Below are positions 49,570 through 63,800 of a DNA stretch of 64,000 bases, piece by piece. How positions within the stretch are numbered: position 1 is the first letter of the stretch; the number at the start of each line of letters is the position of its first letter. The notes beneath the pieces are model-generated. The model did not search any database. It worked only from the letters and a program-made list of their open reading frames with translations, and had not been told where the DNA came from. A program made the translations under genes and the position numbers. Where the stretch lies: NCBI GenBank assembly GCA_051362555.1, contig CM120645.1, positions 9,176,001-9,240,000 on the forward strand, read 5' to 3'. This stretch comes from Lingula anatina (lineage: Eukaryota > Animalia > Brachiopoda).

Positions 49570-52500
49570 TTAGTAGTTCTGATCTCTGACATCGTAGTCC
49601 TGGCGCTGTAACTGACTTGTGGGTAGATAGGACTCGATCTCACGCTGTCTCTGAAGAAGACCCTGCAATGGAGATAAGAAAACTGGTCATTAACACTGCT
49701 ACATAGGCCACGGTGATTAAATTTGTCCCCAATTACTATTTTTAACAAACTCTGCTTTTCAATATTTTTTTTCTAATGAACTGTTTAAATGTATAAATAC
49801 ACAATGTAAACATGTTTATTAATTTGTGAGTTTTTTTGTTTAATTGTCTTGTTGTTTTTTTTTTTTTTCTCTCTCTTTTATTGGGGAAGGGTCAAAATAG
49901 CTTGCAACTTGCTGACAACTTTTAAGCATGAACAGGATGACTTCACTCTCAAATAATTAACACCTGCTTCTGGAGTGTGCCGCATTTCCAACTGGTCTAA
50001 CTCAAACCCTATACAGCCTGACAGATGCCACCCTACAAACAGCTCACACAGGGCCTCATTGAGATTCTCATCACACCTTAGAATTCTTGACTTTTTACTC
50101 AGTGTAAAGCTGTCTGGTGCCATCAGTTACTTGTTCTTTGGTTTAGGTGAAACAAGTTTTGAATACACTTCCAAGTAACTCCTGGTAATTGAGTTAAATG
50201 AGGCAGAAAATGCTTTGGACCCATTTCAGCTGTGGTCGATCAATTCATTAGCCTGTGATCAGAGAGAACGTCATCCAAGCCATGATGGGAAAACTGCCAA
50301 CTTGTAATCAGGAAGACAAACAATGCAGTCTACAGGCACCACCGGGACACTCTCAATAAGTATTTAAGTATTTTTAATATGGAAAATAAAAAAAAATGTG
50401 TCCCCTTATTCCAAAGTTTACCCAATCATCATATTCATATCATCTAATGACAAAATTTTTTGGCAAACTAAAAAAGGTTAAACTTTTAAAATCTTAGCTC
50501 ATAATGGTAAAAGAAATGGTAAAATTTAAATAACACTGATGTGACTAACATGGGATTACAACACCAATCTTAGCAGTCTATAAATTGATTAACAAACTTT
50601 TACCAAACATACACTGCACAGCCCAAAACAAGATTTATCAAATGGAAAAGAAATACCAGTTGAGAATAGAACATTTTTCTTGTTTCTTAACTCAATTCAA
50701 CTATGTCTGACACATACTAGTACATCCCCAGACTTACAGAGAACCAGTTGCCTGTTTTATTTTTTCTGTTTTCTTTTTTTTTCGTTCCAGTCTGCCTAAT
50801 GTGGCCCTAATCAACAAAGCATGCACTTCATTTCAGTCTAAAAGGAACAGTTTTATTTATTGACTTGTGTTGAAAATGGCTGATAATCAAGTTAGCAGAC
50901 TCTCATCTCCTAATCAATGTCTTTGCTTTGGGATGAATTGGTATTTGAGCGGTGGAAATTTAGTTATAGACTTCCAGGGATGCCAGAGGAAGCAAAGATG
51001 AACTGAAGGCTAGACAGGCTATGAAATTCAACCATTCAAAGTACCCAGGAGTATTAGTCGAAAAAAGAAAAAAGAGAAAAAGAAACTTATCAGGCTGGTT
51101 TTTTCTTACTCGAGCTGTGTTTTATTAGTCCTAAAAATCATTTTGTAAGTTTGAGGATAATAATTTTTTTCCTTTTGTGGTGTTAACATTGGCAGTGCAC
51201 AAAGTACTTGTTTTTGTCAATTTTCATGCAATATTCCAAAGTGCTGAAAAACATAATCACAACAGTTTTATTAGTAAATACTACAGGTAACATGGACATT
51301 CTGAAAATGTAAGAAGCATAAAGGCCTCAGGCCCATGGGAGTCCAAAGTAACCAGACTGAAAATGCAAATATGTGAAAAAAAAAAGGTTCACAAAACTGT
51401 ACAGCTTTAAGGAAAAGAATCCAATCAAGCTGCATTTTGAACTCAATCTTCATTTTTATTTATTTTTTAACCTACAATTCACTCCAGTAATATTAAGGGA
51501 TGGTGAAAACTTGGAACATTGTAATTCCTATCCCACCCTCCTCCTCAGCTCTCATGTTTTAGGACCAGGCATTTTTTTTTTTTTTTCTTGGGGGGGGGGG
51601 GGTTTACACAATATTTTGATATATACATTTCCAAACTTGACCCAATGCCAAAGCACACATCCTTATAAAAGCAGACAAGGCAACCACAAAGGCATTAAAC
51701 AATCTTGCCAGACACCTCCAAACCAACCATTAGTATCCCTTTCCCCACGCTAATGCACATCCCAGGTGGGTGTTTCCACATCAATTGCATAATAAACACA
51801 AAACTCTTCAGTGCAAAGCCATCAAGAGTCAACCAAGTTCATGGTTCTCGTCAAGTTCTGTTAATATTCCTTTTTTTATTTCATGAACAAGAAGTTTGTG
51901 ACTGTATGAATTATGTGCACATTGAAGTGACTGTCTCATTTTTTTCTTTTTATTATTATATTTTTTTAACATGATGCTCTTAAATATATGCATGTGTATG
52001 CTATCTCACTGTAAATGACTAAAAAAATATCTGCAATATCAACAACTTTCATAACTGACTTACGACACTGAAAATGAATCAGTTGCATAATACCTCCATG
52101 TAAATATGAAAACATTTTCACCAGTTTGAAATCTGACACAAATTTAAAGACAATGTTGCGTCCTCTCTCAAACAGACAGACAACCTTATTACTAAATACC
52201 TTATAATAATATTATAAAAAAGAACATATTATCTTTAAAAATCAAACAGGAAAAAAAAGATCGCCATCATCTCCATCCCCCACAAAACAGCTGAAATTTT
52301 ATAGCACTTTTACAAGCACTCCACTGAACCCTAATGGCTGTTTTTTTGTTTGGTTTATGTAATTTTATGTTCTCGATGTGTTGTTTCTGGCACTAGAAAG
52401 AGGCTTTCTAAGCAGAATATATGGCTTCTGTCTGATCAAAGCATCCCGCCCCTGACTGTGTTCTGTGAGATATATGTGAACTGTGGTCTCCATGCAGGAA

Positions 52501-54862
52501 GGAATCCTTTTAAGTCAGGACCCTCGGTGTTACGAATTAGTCATCTGTTCTTCAATAAAGGCAGCGCATCAGTAGTAGGTGAAGAACAGATATTTCTTTT
52601 CTTTTTTTCTTTTTCTTATTTATTTTTCCCAAATATTAGGAGAAGGCAGGATTTATTTCCCCAAGCAGAGTTAGAGGTTGAGGCTGACAAATGGAGACAC
52701 CAGCGGAGAGATTTATAACAAAGTACATGTGGATAACAGCATTGTACTTGTTTACTCAGAGAATAGCGTCCTACTAGCTAGGTAAAAAAAGCCTTAAGGG
52801 AAAGGGAAAAAATATTTCCCATCAAAATGTTCCATGAAGCTATGAGTTTGCACATTTTTATTGAAAAAGTTGATTAGTAGCACAAATATAAAAAATCACT
52901 TCAGGCATTTTTTGTCATTTTTAGTGAACATATAAATTAGGATTTCAATGTTCCATTTTTTCTGCTACATTTTTACAGTAGTTTTGGATGTAAAACACAA
53001 TGTCCCATTATTTGATCCCCTCCCCTTAGCATATGGTTTGTAGACTTGTGAAAATTGTGATAAAAATGGATGACCACCTATAAAAAGTGGAGTACGTTAG
53101 AAACGTTAATACCCCCCCCCCCCCCCCCCCAATGCATTTAAAAGTCAAGAGTGAAAACTCACCATTTTGAGTCCATTCAACTGTTCCAGTATGTACCCCT
53201 GTCTCTGTGTGGGATGGTCTGTCACAAGGCTGGGGTTTAGAATAGGATCCTGGGAAAGAAATAAAGTATGCCGTTACTGTTCTTGATACATTCAGAAGTT
53301 AGAAATGAGGGGTAAAGTATTGCATTTAGTATTGCATCACTATGTAAAATCTAACATGATCATTGCTTCAGTCTCTTTAAAAAATTTCACTATTTGAGCA
53401 AAGGTAATGATGATGGGTTGTCCAAATCAATATCATAGCCTTTAAGCTGTCTTTGGCAAAATCTTATATAACTTTATAGATTATGGGAGAAATTTCTGTT
53501 ACCTGCACCTGCCAATTACATAATTATCCTGTACTCTGACAACAATGTGATGAATGTACTTTGTTCATTTAAAATTGTGTTAGTTGAGACAGGACACATT
53601 CACCGCAATAAAAGAAATGTGTTAGAGGAGACCAACAACTTGGTGACCTGATTCCAAATAGATTTAAAAGTTTGTGTTAGTGGGCAAAGTCTTCTGGCAC
53701 ACAGCCCTCATGGGGGACAGACTGAGACACCAGGTTCAACAGGTAGCCCTCAAGTGTGGCAGATTTGGGCTACTAATAACACCCACCTTGGCACTGCTCT
53801 CTGTCCTGCTGGGGGTCTCCTCCACAATACGGCTATCAGAGTAGTTCTCAAGCTGCTGTCCAAACTTGCCTGGCTTCCTCCCCTGCCAATAGGCTTTACG
53901 CGCTTTCTCCGCTTCCGTGCCTTCGCGCGACATGGGCACCGGGGATTCTGCATGTGCAGGGTCAAGGACCTCACTTGTTCTCGTGAAGGGAACAAAGTCT
54001 GAAGCGTTGTTGACGGGGGACACCTGCTCCCCTTCACCATACTTGGTGCGAACGGGAGCACCAGTGGCAACCTCTTTTGGTTTGTAATTGTCATAACTGA
54101 AAGCGTCACTGTGGTAGTCATTTTGGTAATCTTTAACCCTCAGTATATCTACATGAGATTGCTGGTGTTCACTGTGGCTCTTTTCTTCGGCGGCCATCTT
54201 GTGCTTCAGTGCTGGAACTGGTGGCGATTTTCTCCCTTGGTTCTGTTGGTTACGCAGAGCAGGGACAGGAGGGGACTCAGCTCTGTACGTCTGTGGTCTG
54301 TGAGTCTGATGACTTATTTGCGCGTCTCTGTGAGTGGTACCTCTGGCTGGACTGACAGAGCGGTTACTGACCTGCCCTCTGTGGGAAATTTCCTCCTTGC
54401 GATGAGATGTAGCACCTTTCTGCGATTGGTCCCCATGGGCTGCACCTCCTCTTTCAGCACCATCATTTAACCTGAGAGCAGGAACAGGGGGCGATTTGGA
54501 CCTTGCATGATTCCTCGCTGAAGACAGCGCCCTGGGAGAATTTGCCTCCACCAGTTTCAGTATCTGCTGGGCTCTTTCAGCCTTTTTTGCCTCTCGAGCT
54601 TTCTTTCTCTTTTCGAAGAAAGGATCTCGTTCAGACTGTTTCACTTTGGCTTTACTTTTTCCTGATGCACCCCAAGCAGGCCTCTCTTCAACCTTCAGTG
54701 GCCTCTTTTTACGCTTTGTCGTCTCTTCTGTTGGTGGTTCTCGGTGTGTATCGGCACTTTTCACTCTAACTGTAGCCTTTGTCTTTTTGGGATTCCTTGA
54801 GGTCTCTTTAGCAGATCCTTTGTACTCAATCTGAACACTTTCCTCTCTAGACAAGCCCTCAT
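49570..54862 (-). CDS. CCDC66: CCDC66 exons 17-19 (53787-54862, 53163-53249, 49570-49662)
   Basis: 372-aa ORF exon, then DPILNPSLVTDHPTQRQGYILEQLNGLKM, then GLLQRQREIESYLPTSQLQRQDYDVRDQNY*. Confidence 0.82.
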
Positions 54863-57800
54863 CTAAAATTAGTCAAAACAGCAATTATAATGTCTAACAG
54901 GACTGCTGTTTCCATAATACAATAATTTATCCATTGTGTCATCAAATTTCAATAAGTACATTAATTTTTAATTTAGAATATTATTATCTGCAATCCATTA
55001 TCAATTATCGTCTGATATTATTAAAAATGACTCTGGAAATTTCTGACTGCACGAGGACACATTAAAGAAAATATTCTCCCTGCCTCTCCTGTTCACAGCA
55101 GATACTTCAGTACATTTCAGTACTATGAATACCAACCTGTCTGTGTGCCAAACTCTCTCCCCACACCTGACCTCAGCTTGGAAGGGGTCAGCACACGGTT
55201 CTCTGTATAAGGCTGGACTACTGCCTGGGAAAACGACTGAGGGAGAGCTGGGGGACACAGAAATAACAATGCCTTCTTTAAACTTCTTTAATTTCTCATG
55301 TCTGACTGATATGAGGTTCATATATTTTTGTTTCAAAGACATTCACACTTGGTCTATTGCCTATCATTTAATGTTAGTATAGGTGAAAGTTGTAAAAACT
55401 GAAAATCCTGAAATCAGGCATTATCCTGAAAACCTCAGGTATTTTTATGCTAAATAAATTATTGTAAAGCTGCATAAGTAAACTTTCAATTCTTAGCCAA
55501 AAAAAGTTAAATTTGTCACTGATAAAGAAAAATAAGTACTTTTCTTTATATGATTACGCTATGGGCAACTCACCAATATATGTTGTGGTGCCCCCAGGCC
55601 CAATTACTGGAACAAGGGAGGGAGGCAAAACAGCAGTCTGAGAGGGTACACCCTCTGGCACTGAAACAGTCCCTAACCCTGGTACAAAGGCAGGTGGAAT
55701 GGTGACTGGAGCAGCTGCAGGGACAGGACCTCCTGGAACTGGCTCAGAAGGCAACCCAGGTACCTGAGTCTGGGGTACTTCAGTTCTAGGGGAATGTTTG
55801 GCTGTTGGAAATAAAGATTAATGGTTATACACACTGCTCATATAAGCATGCATAATTTTCTGCAAAAATGCTAATAATTTACTTAATTGGAAAAAAGAAA
55901 CAATTATGCAAACATTTGTAAAAATCAGTTATTTTTCAATAAACAAACAATTCAACAACAAAAAAAAAAACAAATAAATACATATTTTTAAATTAAATAA
56001 CTAATAATGTTTATTATAACTTCTGGAATGACCTTAGTTTCCACATACCTTCAAAACTTGCATTTAGGTTAGAGATATCATGCCCTCCTTTTTGGAGTTT
56101 CCTCATCCGTCTCTCATGCTTCTCCTTCTCTGCCTGAGCCTTGGCTTCATCTATGGCACGTTTCAGTTCTCTCACTCGATCCTCCTCTGCTTTCTGAAAG
56201 AAAAAATCTACGTCAGTTATCTATAGATAAAGACAAAAATAATTGCTAAACAGCTGTATGCACATAATCAGCTCCTGTGACTGTAATCTGTAAACAATCC
56301 AAAGTTTATTTCACCAAATAGTTAGAATATTTTATTAAAACTGAACCAGTATTTAAAGATATCTATGTTTTTACATACTGATAATGCAAATAACAATTAT
56401 GTACAGAATGGTTAGCACCAATTGTATTATTACATTTTGCTGTACAAGGCTACGATAATCTATGTACCAGAACAGAAATAAATTGAACTAAACACAAATG
56501 AATTGAACTCGAAAAAAAAAAATTGTTTTTCTTCTTGTTGTTCTTCATCTGCCAAATGAATATATCATAACGTAAATATATATTTAAAAAAATCAATATT
56601 ATGTCTTATCCTTTCACCTCTTTTTTCTTCAGTTTCTCCTGGTCCAGATGGAACTGTAAATTCATCAAATCTCGCTCCCGTTTCACCCTGCGTTCCTCCT
56701 CCTCCTCCTCAATCCTCTGGCGCTCCAGGGCCTCTCGTTTCAGACGCTGCTTCTCCTCCACCTGCGCCTGAATTGAACGCTGAGGAGAGAGCAGATAAAA
56801 GGCATAAATAACAGTTAATTCATAGTTTAAAAATTTACTGAATAAATAAAGTACAGGGTTACTAAGCAGAGATACAGTTGCATCCCACAAAATAAGTGTA
56901 CCTGCTAAAACAGATGTAAAAATTCAAATAAATGTCCCTGTGAAATATCTGATTGCAAATACAGTATATGCCAATTGCCAAGTAACCTTAAATTAGGTTT
57001 TGGGTCAGAAAACTACTGAAGCAATGAAAAGTGAAAAACTGCAAATTTTCAACCCTTTCTTCTGGTTGTAACATTCAGACTGTTTTGGGAGTCCACTCAT
57101 CAAACTAAAAGCAACTCTTAAGTCAAAGGACAGTAAAATCAGTCTAAAATAATTAACCCTGTATACGTATTGGATAAGGAATAAATTACCTGATGTTCTA
57201 ACTGTCTTTTCCTCTCCTGTTCCATTTGCTGTCTTCTCTGTTCGTCCACATACATCCCCTGTCCCCGCACGTGGGACCTAGGAACACAGCAAAGAGTACA
57301 CACCATTACAATAACGTAAAGTCTGGATAAAATGTTCACATACAAGTCAAATCTAATTCTTATACTGAACTGCTCTGTTCTCAGGTAGTTTCTACAACCT
57401 TTACTTACAATGCCAACAAATTTCAATACAAAATACCTCATATCATATGTACTGCACAAGGTAAATGATGAAAGTCTCAAACTGAACATAACAGTTTGAC
57501 AAATGTAATAAATTATAATCCTAATGGAAATATTCCCCTTGTTGTGCAAACTCTGCTCTCACATTTGCCAAAAAATAATGTCTAAAGCAGCATAATCACC
57601 ACCCCCTAGACCCCCCCCCCACACACACGCACACATATCAAATATGAAAGCAGTCCTCACCTGTCACTCTCAGTAACCACCTGGGGGGCACTTGTCTGCC
57701 GGGGACTGGTCACTGTCTCCAAACCTGGCACCTGTATTAACAACATGGTAACATTAGCTACTATTTGGCAAAGTATATGGATATGGCCCTTAATTTAATA

Positions 57801-60800
57801 AGACACAACATAAAGAAAGTGATTTAGAAAAGTCCATGAAAGAAGGAAAAATAAGCATGCACAAATTTTTTAAAAATTCTTTTGTTTTGTATAAATGATA
57901 ACATAAAACATGACTGTTACGTACAAAAGTAGATAAAACACATCTGAAACAGGTGTTCTCAACCTGTTAGCCACTCACCTGTGCCCTGAGGTCATCTAAC
58001 ACTGCCCCAGGGACAGCTGCAGGGGGCTGTAATGAAGGCTGGGCAGTCTGGTATAGACTCAGTTTGTCGGCCCATGTATCCTGATCTGTTTGCTGTCGCT
58101 GCTCTTTCTCTCTCTGTTTCTGCATCTGTTTCTCTGTCCTCTGCTTGTCTAGGAAAGTTCCAAGAGGTAAAAGTTCACTGTTAGCAGAATCATACTATCA
58201 ACAGATGCCCTTAGGTAGGATTACAATTACATATATTTTTATAAGTAGAAAACACTTTTTCTGTTTTAGATTCTGATAAATCTAACAATTTGAACAGCCA
58301 CGCTGTGTGTTACATATATTCTCCTATACAGCTAAAACAATCATTTGCCGTGCCTTACCGAATACTTACCTAATTCTTCTAACCATCTCCTTTTTTCTTC
58401 ATCCTTAGAAGACAAAAACCTCTCACTTTCAGCAGCTGCACCCTAAAATACATTGCATTTCTAATTGAATGTTAAATTTCATTTGATCTGTACTATCTGA
58501 GCACTGAGGTTTACACCGACTCATTGGGACCCTAGTTGATTCGGGAGCGTGACAGACATTTAAGCTGGTACAGTTGATAGCAATTTAGTAAGACTCTCCA
58601 GGGAGTTTGACCGATGCTGATGGATCAATCTGGGTATGGGAACCCAGTCATTGACTTTTATACTAGTAAATATGTATGGACCAAGGATTAAAGGAACACT
58701 GCCTCTTGCACTTACTGTCAGTGTAAAGTTGCTTCTCATTGCTGCAGGAACAAAAGCATTGGAAGCTGCCTGTGTTTGTAGTTGTTGTACTTGTTGTTGT
58801 TGTTGTAACTGTTGTTGCTGCTGTAACTGTTGTTGTTGTAACTGTTGTTGTTGTTGCTGTGACTGTTGTTGTTGCTGTAACTTCCTCATAGCAGCCTCCT
58901 CTTGTGATCTTCTCATTACATGCTCCTGAAATTAATTGAATGTGCCACCATGTAAGATGTTGAAATTGTATAAGTTGGTAATAATGTGTTCAAATATGAA
59001 GTTACTGAGCAAAATAGGAAACCTTCCTTTAGCATATCTGTCTTGTTTTAATTCATATTAAAATACAAATATCAAATCATAAAGAAACATTTAAAAAATC
59101 TTCTTTACAGCTCTTATTCAGAATAATAAACTGAAATATATTGTAAAGTCAGAATATTAAAAAAGATTTATGGTCAACACAATGGGAAGTAAGCTGTCAA
59201 GTTTTAAACAAAAGGCATTACATTATAAGACAGGTCACAGCAGCAGATTTTCTACTAGAGCATTCTTTATTAACAAACTCAATGTTGGCATTTTTCTTTT
59301 TGTTCCAATCAAATGTTAAAGAAAGCATAGGTCTGGGATAACAAATAAATGTAACACTTGATGTAATAGTGACTTGGATAAATAAAATTAAGGAATAACA
59401 TCATACAGGGTTTAGTGGGTCATAAGGAAAGTATGAAAAGAAAAAAAAAATAAAATACAAATTAATTTTTTAAAGAAAAAAAAAAAAACAAAGTTATGAA
59501 GTTACCAAATGAAACTTAGAAAAGTACAAAAAGAAGAAAACTAAACTGGGCACAACTCCAATCATTCAACTGGGTAGAAGGTATAAATAAAGAGAACTCA
59601 TCAGAATAGATTTTTAAAACCTCTACAACCAACACATGGACTCACATTGTCAAAAGCATCATCAACTATAATGCTTTCATGCTGCATTATGGATTAAAAC
59701 AGCTTAGTGTTAGTACATATTATGCTTTTACAATTTTACACATCTTATAGCAAGCAAAACACTTATAAAGTAAATGTTCACAATTGACTACATTATACAC
59801 TAAGGTTTTGGAGACATGGAATGCATTAACTTCCAAACATTTCATATTATGCAAAGCAAAGCAATACCCAAGTATAGAGAATCAGTTATATCTGATCATT
59901 TTGTCTTAAGTAATAGATGCCATATCATATAAAATAACTTATTATATAATACAGTATACCATATGCTACATAATACAATATAGATGAATTAAATACAATA
60001 TAGTATACCAAATGGCATGTCACAGATTGTGCCTCTACTCACCAGTCTAGAGTGATAGTCAGTCAGCACAGTGCCAGAGTTACTGCGTATAGGGGCACCT
60101 GCTCCTGGTTTCCCCCAAGGACTGTACTCCTGGACCTGCTCAGCTAAAATAGAGAATTTAAAACAACCTCGAACCAGATTGCACCTTAATTATTCTGTTC
60201 AGCTCCACCAGAGGCTAATGCCAGAAAATGTAGTTTTTAGGTAACCAACATATGATATAGAGAGCTTGTGGCAAATGTCATCTTTGAAAATCAGATGGGA
60301 ATATCTAGATCAGTTTTAAAAATTATGCAACCAAATTAAAATTATCAGGACAAAGGTGAAATAAAAGAGAAGTTGCCTGAAATCTAAATAAGCCACCTAA
60401 ATTCTGATATCATTAAAATAAAATCTTTCAGTTGATACAACAAACCTCTTTCCTTCTCCCACTGCAGTCTCTTCAGTTCAGCCTTGGATAATGGTTGAAA
60501 TGCCCTAGGACTGGTCAGTGTATTTGCCTGCTGGTGGTCACTCCCTGCCTGCTGGACACCGACTGACCCCACGGCCACATCCACTTGTTGCTGAGTTATA
60601 TCAGCTGGTTGCTGTGGCAGGGTTGGAATAAAACCCAGGCCGGGTACATACTGTCCCTGGTTATAAGCATCATCACCAGTAGAGGGCACAGCCGCATTGG
60701 TTTTGAACTGGCTTGTCTTGCTTGACCTCATTTCCTGAATCTCTTTCTTTTCCTGTTCTCGGTGTTGTTTTTTCAGTTCTGATTTGGGCATTTGGGTTGT

Positions 60801-63800
60801 GTCAGACTGCATGACTTTCCCATCCCTCGTCTTGGAAGCTGGATGGGTGCTCTCAAAATAATAATCACTGAGTTTATTAGCTTCTTTCTTTTCTTGCTCC
60901 CACTGAGCCCTTTTCAGTTCTGCTTTGGTCATGTGACCCCTGGGAATATGCGCAGCATTGTTTTGTGTTTCACCACCAGATGACAGTGCTGTGTGACGTG
61001 TGTCATCTGCTGCTGTTCTTGGAGTAGATGCTGCTGTGGCATGTATAGGCATTCTGCTGAGAGCCTCCAGTTCCTTTCTCTCTGCTTCCCACTGTTGTCT
61101 CTTCAGCTCGGCTTTGGTCATATGAGCTCTGGGGACAGGTGGGGAGAAATGCGACTCTGGGACAGCCACGGCAGGAACATCACCAGTCCCATCCTGTGCC
61201 AACTCTTTGTCCTCAAAAGCAGCTTCTGGAGATACATGGTCTTTTTTGTTGTCAGAGTCGTCTGCTTTGGTTGATGCTTTTCTAGATTTCTTCTCCTTTT
61301 TTGATTGTTTGTCTGGTTCAGGTTCCGCTTTGTCTTGTTTATGGTCTCCGTTTGACCTGTAATTGTTTAGAAGGTACTCTTATTAGTTTGTTACTGTCAT
61401 ATTAAAAAAGGTAAATTATTACGGTTTTATTACTTGGATTTTACCATGTTATGTATGGTAAGGGTAAGACAGGTTTTAACCAAGTCTAACCCTGCTTTAG
61501 GAAAGTCTTAAGATAAACCCTTAATCCAAGCTTGTGTCATTCAACCATTGTAATATCACATGGATTACCTTTGGTGAAGCAAAAATGATATTTTATATTT
61601 TCTATTACTTTCTTATTCAAAACAGAATTGTCCAGAAAATGTAAAAATAATTTGATTAAGTCCATTTTTATTTATCCTTACAGGGTTAGTTAATGTCATA
61701 CATAATAATTACAAACCTTAGTTTGTCCTGTTTATCACTACCCTCCTTCTCCTTCCTTGTTTTCCTGTCACTTTTGCCCTTTTGCTTGTTTTCCTTGTCC
61801 TCCTTTTTATCTCTGTCACCAGCACCAAGTTTCTTAAGCATATTATATATACTCTCTTCTTTAGGCTTTGTGTCAGTCTCATTTGATAACTGCTGGGAAT
61901 CAGACACAGAGTTCCTATTTTTATTACTGACATTAATTCTTTCTACTGTCTGCTGATTTGTTTCTGCAGGTTGCTTTGGAAAGCTGATCAATCCCAGACC
62001 TGGGACATAGGTGCCCTCCTGGTCACCTTGGTTACCGTCACCAGATGTCTCTGCTGGCCCATCTTTCTGATCTTTGTGTTCTGATTGATTGTTCTGGTCA
62101 TCTGATCCCTCAACAGTGTCAATTTTTAGTTCTTGGCTGTTTGGGTCTAGAATTAAATATAAGTATTCACTTCAGTTTTTAAAAGTGGCTGATTATCAGT
62201 TAAAACTGGCTAATTAAAAAATACATTTCCCACTATTACAATTCTACAAATTCTGTTTCCGAATGGCATCAGTATCCAGGCTGTGTAGCCACTGACTGGC
62301 AAGCTAAACCAGAAAAAAAAACATATAATCATTGAAGTGCTTTTAGGCAGCAAGATAAATTACCTGTGATATTATTAAAAACCCATACAGAATCACACTA
62401 CAAATGTTATTATTTCTATGCAAAGTCTTACCAATGTCCACTTTCACTTGACTTCCATGTGTCACCTGCCCAATGGTGGCCAATATGGCGTTGAGCTGGT
62501 CCTGGGTCAGGGTGACCATATTCCCCTGTAAATTAGCAGCACCTTTTGTGTGTCTACCATTTTGCTTCTTAGCTGTCTTCTCTGGAGCTGGTTTCTCCTT
62601 TGCCAGCTTCTCTGGGGCATTTTCTGTTGACTTTTGTCGAGGCAATTCAGAAGCTTTATTCTTATTGGCCGATTGAGATCTCTTAGAAGCGGCCTTTTCA
62701 TTGGTTGGTAGGGTATGCTTTTTGTTCTGTGTAAACTTATGGGCAGGGGGTGGGGGGTCCTCTTCAATCTGGACTTTAGACCTCAGGGGGAAAGGCTGTG
62801 CTTTTTGCTTATAACTGAACTGAAAACAAAAAATCAAATTATCTTTTGATCTACACCTTATATTTCCCAATGAAGATAAAAAATGTTTCTTTGTGCAAAT
62901 GCATCTACAGGTATTATACTGATATATATAGTGGTAATATCTAGCTCATAGTAAGATAAAATACATGACATTTACCTTCTTATGTTTCTTAGATGCTGCT
63001 GCTCCTAAAAATAATAATAATCAATATATGAAATAGTTAAGCAAAATAATAATTGTCTTTATGAAGTTTTTGGTTGATGTTGTTGCATTGGACATTAATG
63101 CTCATACACACCAAAATGTAACCAAAGAGGCATATGATAGTAGTATAAAACATTATTTTAATCATTATGTACTTGTATCTCTAACTATCAGGACTTTTTT
63201 CCTACAGTTCCAATAATGACACTATATGTATGATTCGTATTGTTTTATGAAATAAGTAATAAAACAAAAATATAAATCTACAATAAATTCACCCTACCTT
63301 GCTGCTGCCAAAATATGGCAGGTTTCCCACCTTGTTCACTGGTCTCAAACCTGGTGGCCACTCTGGAGATGATTTTAGACAAAACGGTTTTAACAAAGCA
63401 CTCATTGCCCTATTACTGATAATGTGACACATCTGTGAGACAGTGTTGTAAAGCTAGAGGAAGTGAACTGTGTGACACGAGTCCCTGTGCTACTGAGAGA
63501 GAGAGAGAGAGAATCTGCTGCTGATATATTCAGGCAGGTTAATGCAAGTAAAAACGTGAGCCTCAAACTACGCTGAAGATTGGCCTTAGATTAATACATT
63601 GATAAACACAGCACATTCTCGATATCAATGGTCTTACAAGTTACACTCTAACCTACATTGTAGCTGCCTTAATTTAGCCTGCACGGCCGTAGTGTAACGA
63701 GACGTTAGTAAACGGTGCCCGGCTACGAAGGCGCCTTACCATCATTTAAAGGAATATTTCGCCATTTACACTCCTCTTTACGCGTAGCGGTGTGTATGTA

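Noticed and set aside
50228-50260. Possible alternative last exon of CCDC66 (cacag/ANELIDHS*)
   Set aside because: Supported only by a plausible acceptor; the conserved terminal exon is at 49570-49662.
58636-58929. Cys-rich metallothionein-like plus-strand ORF
   Set aside because: It is the antisense reading of the CCDC66 polyQ tract.
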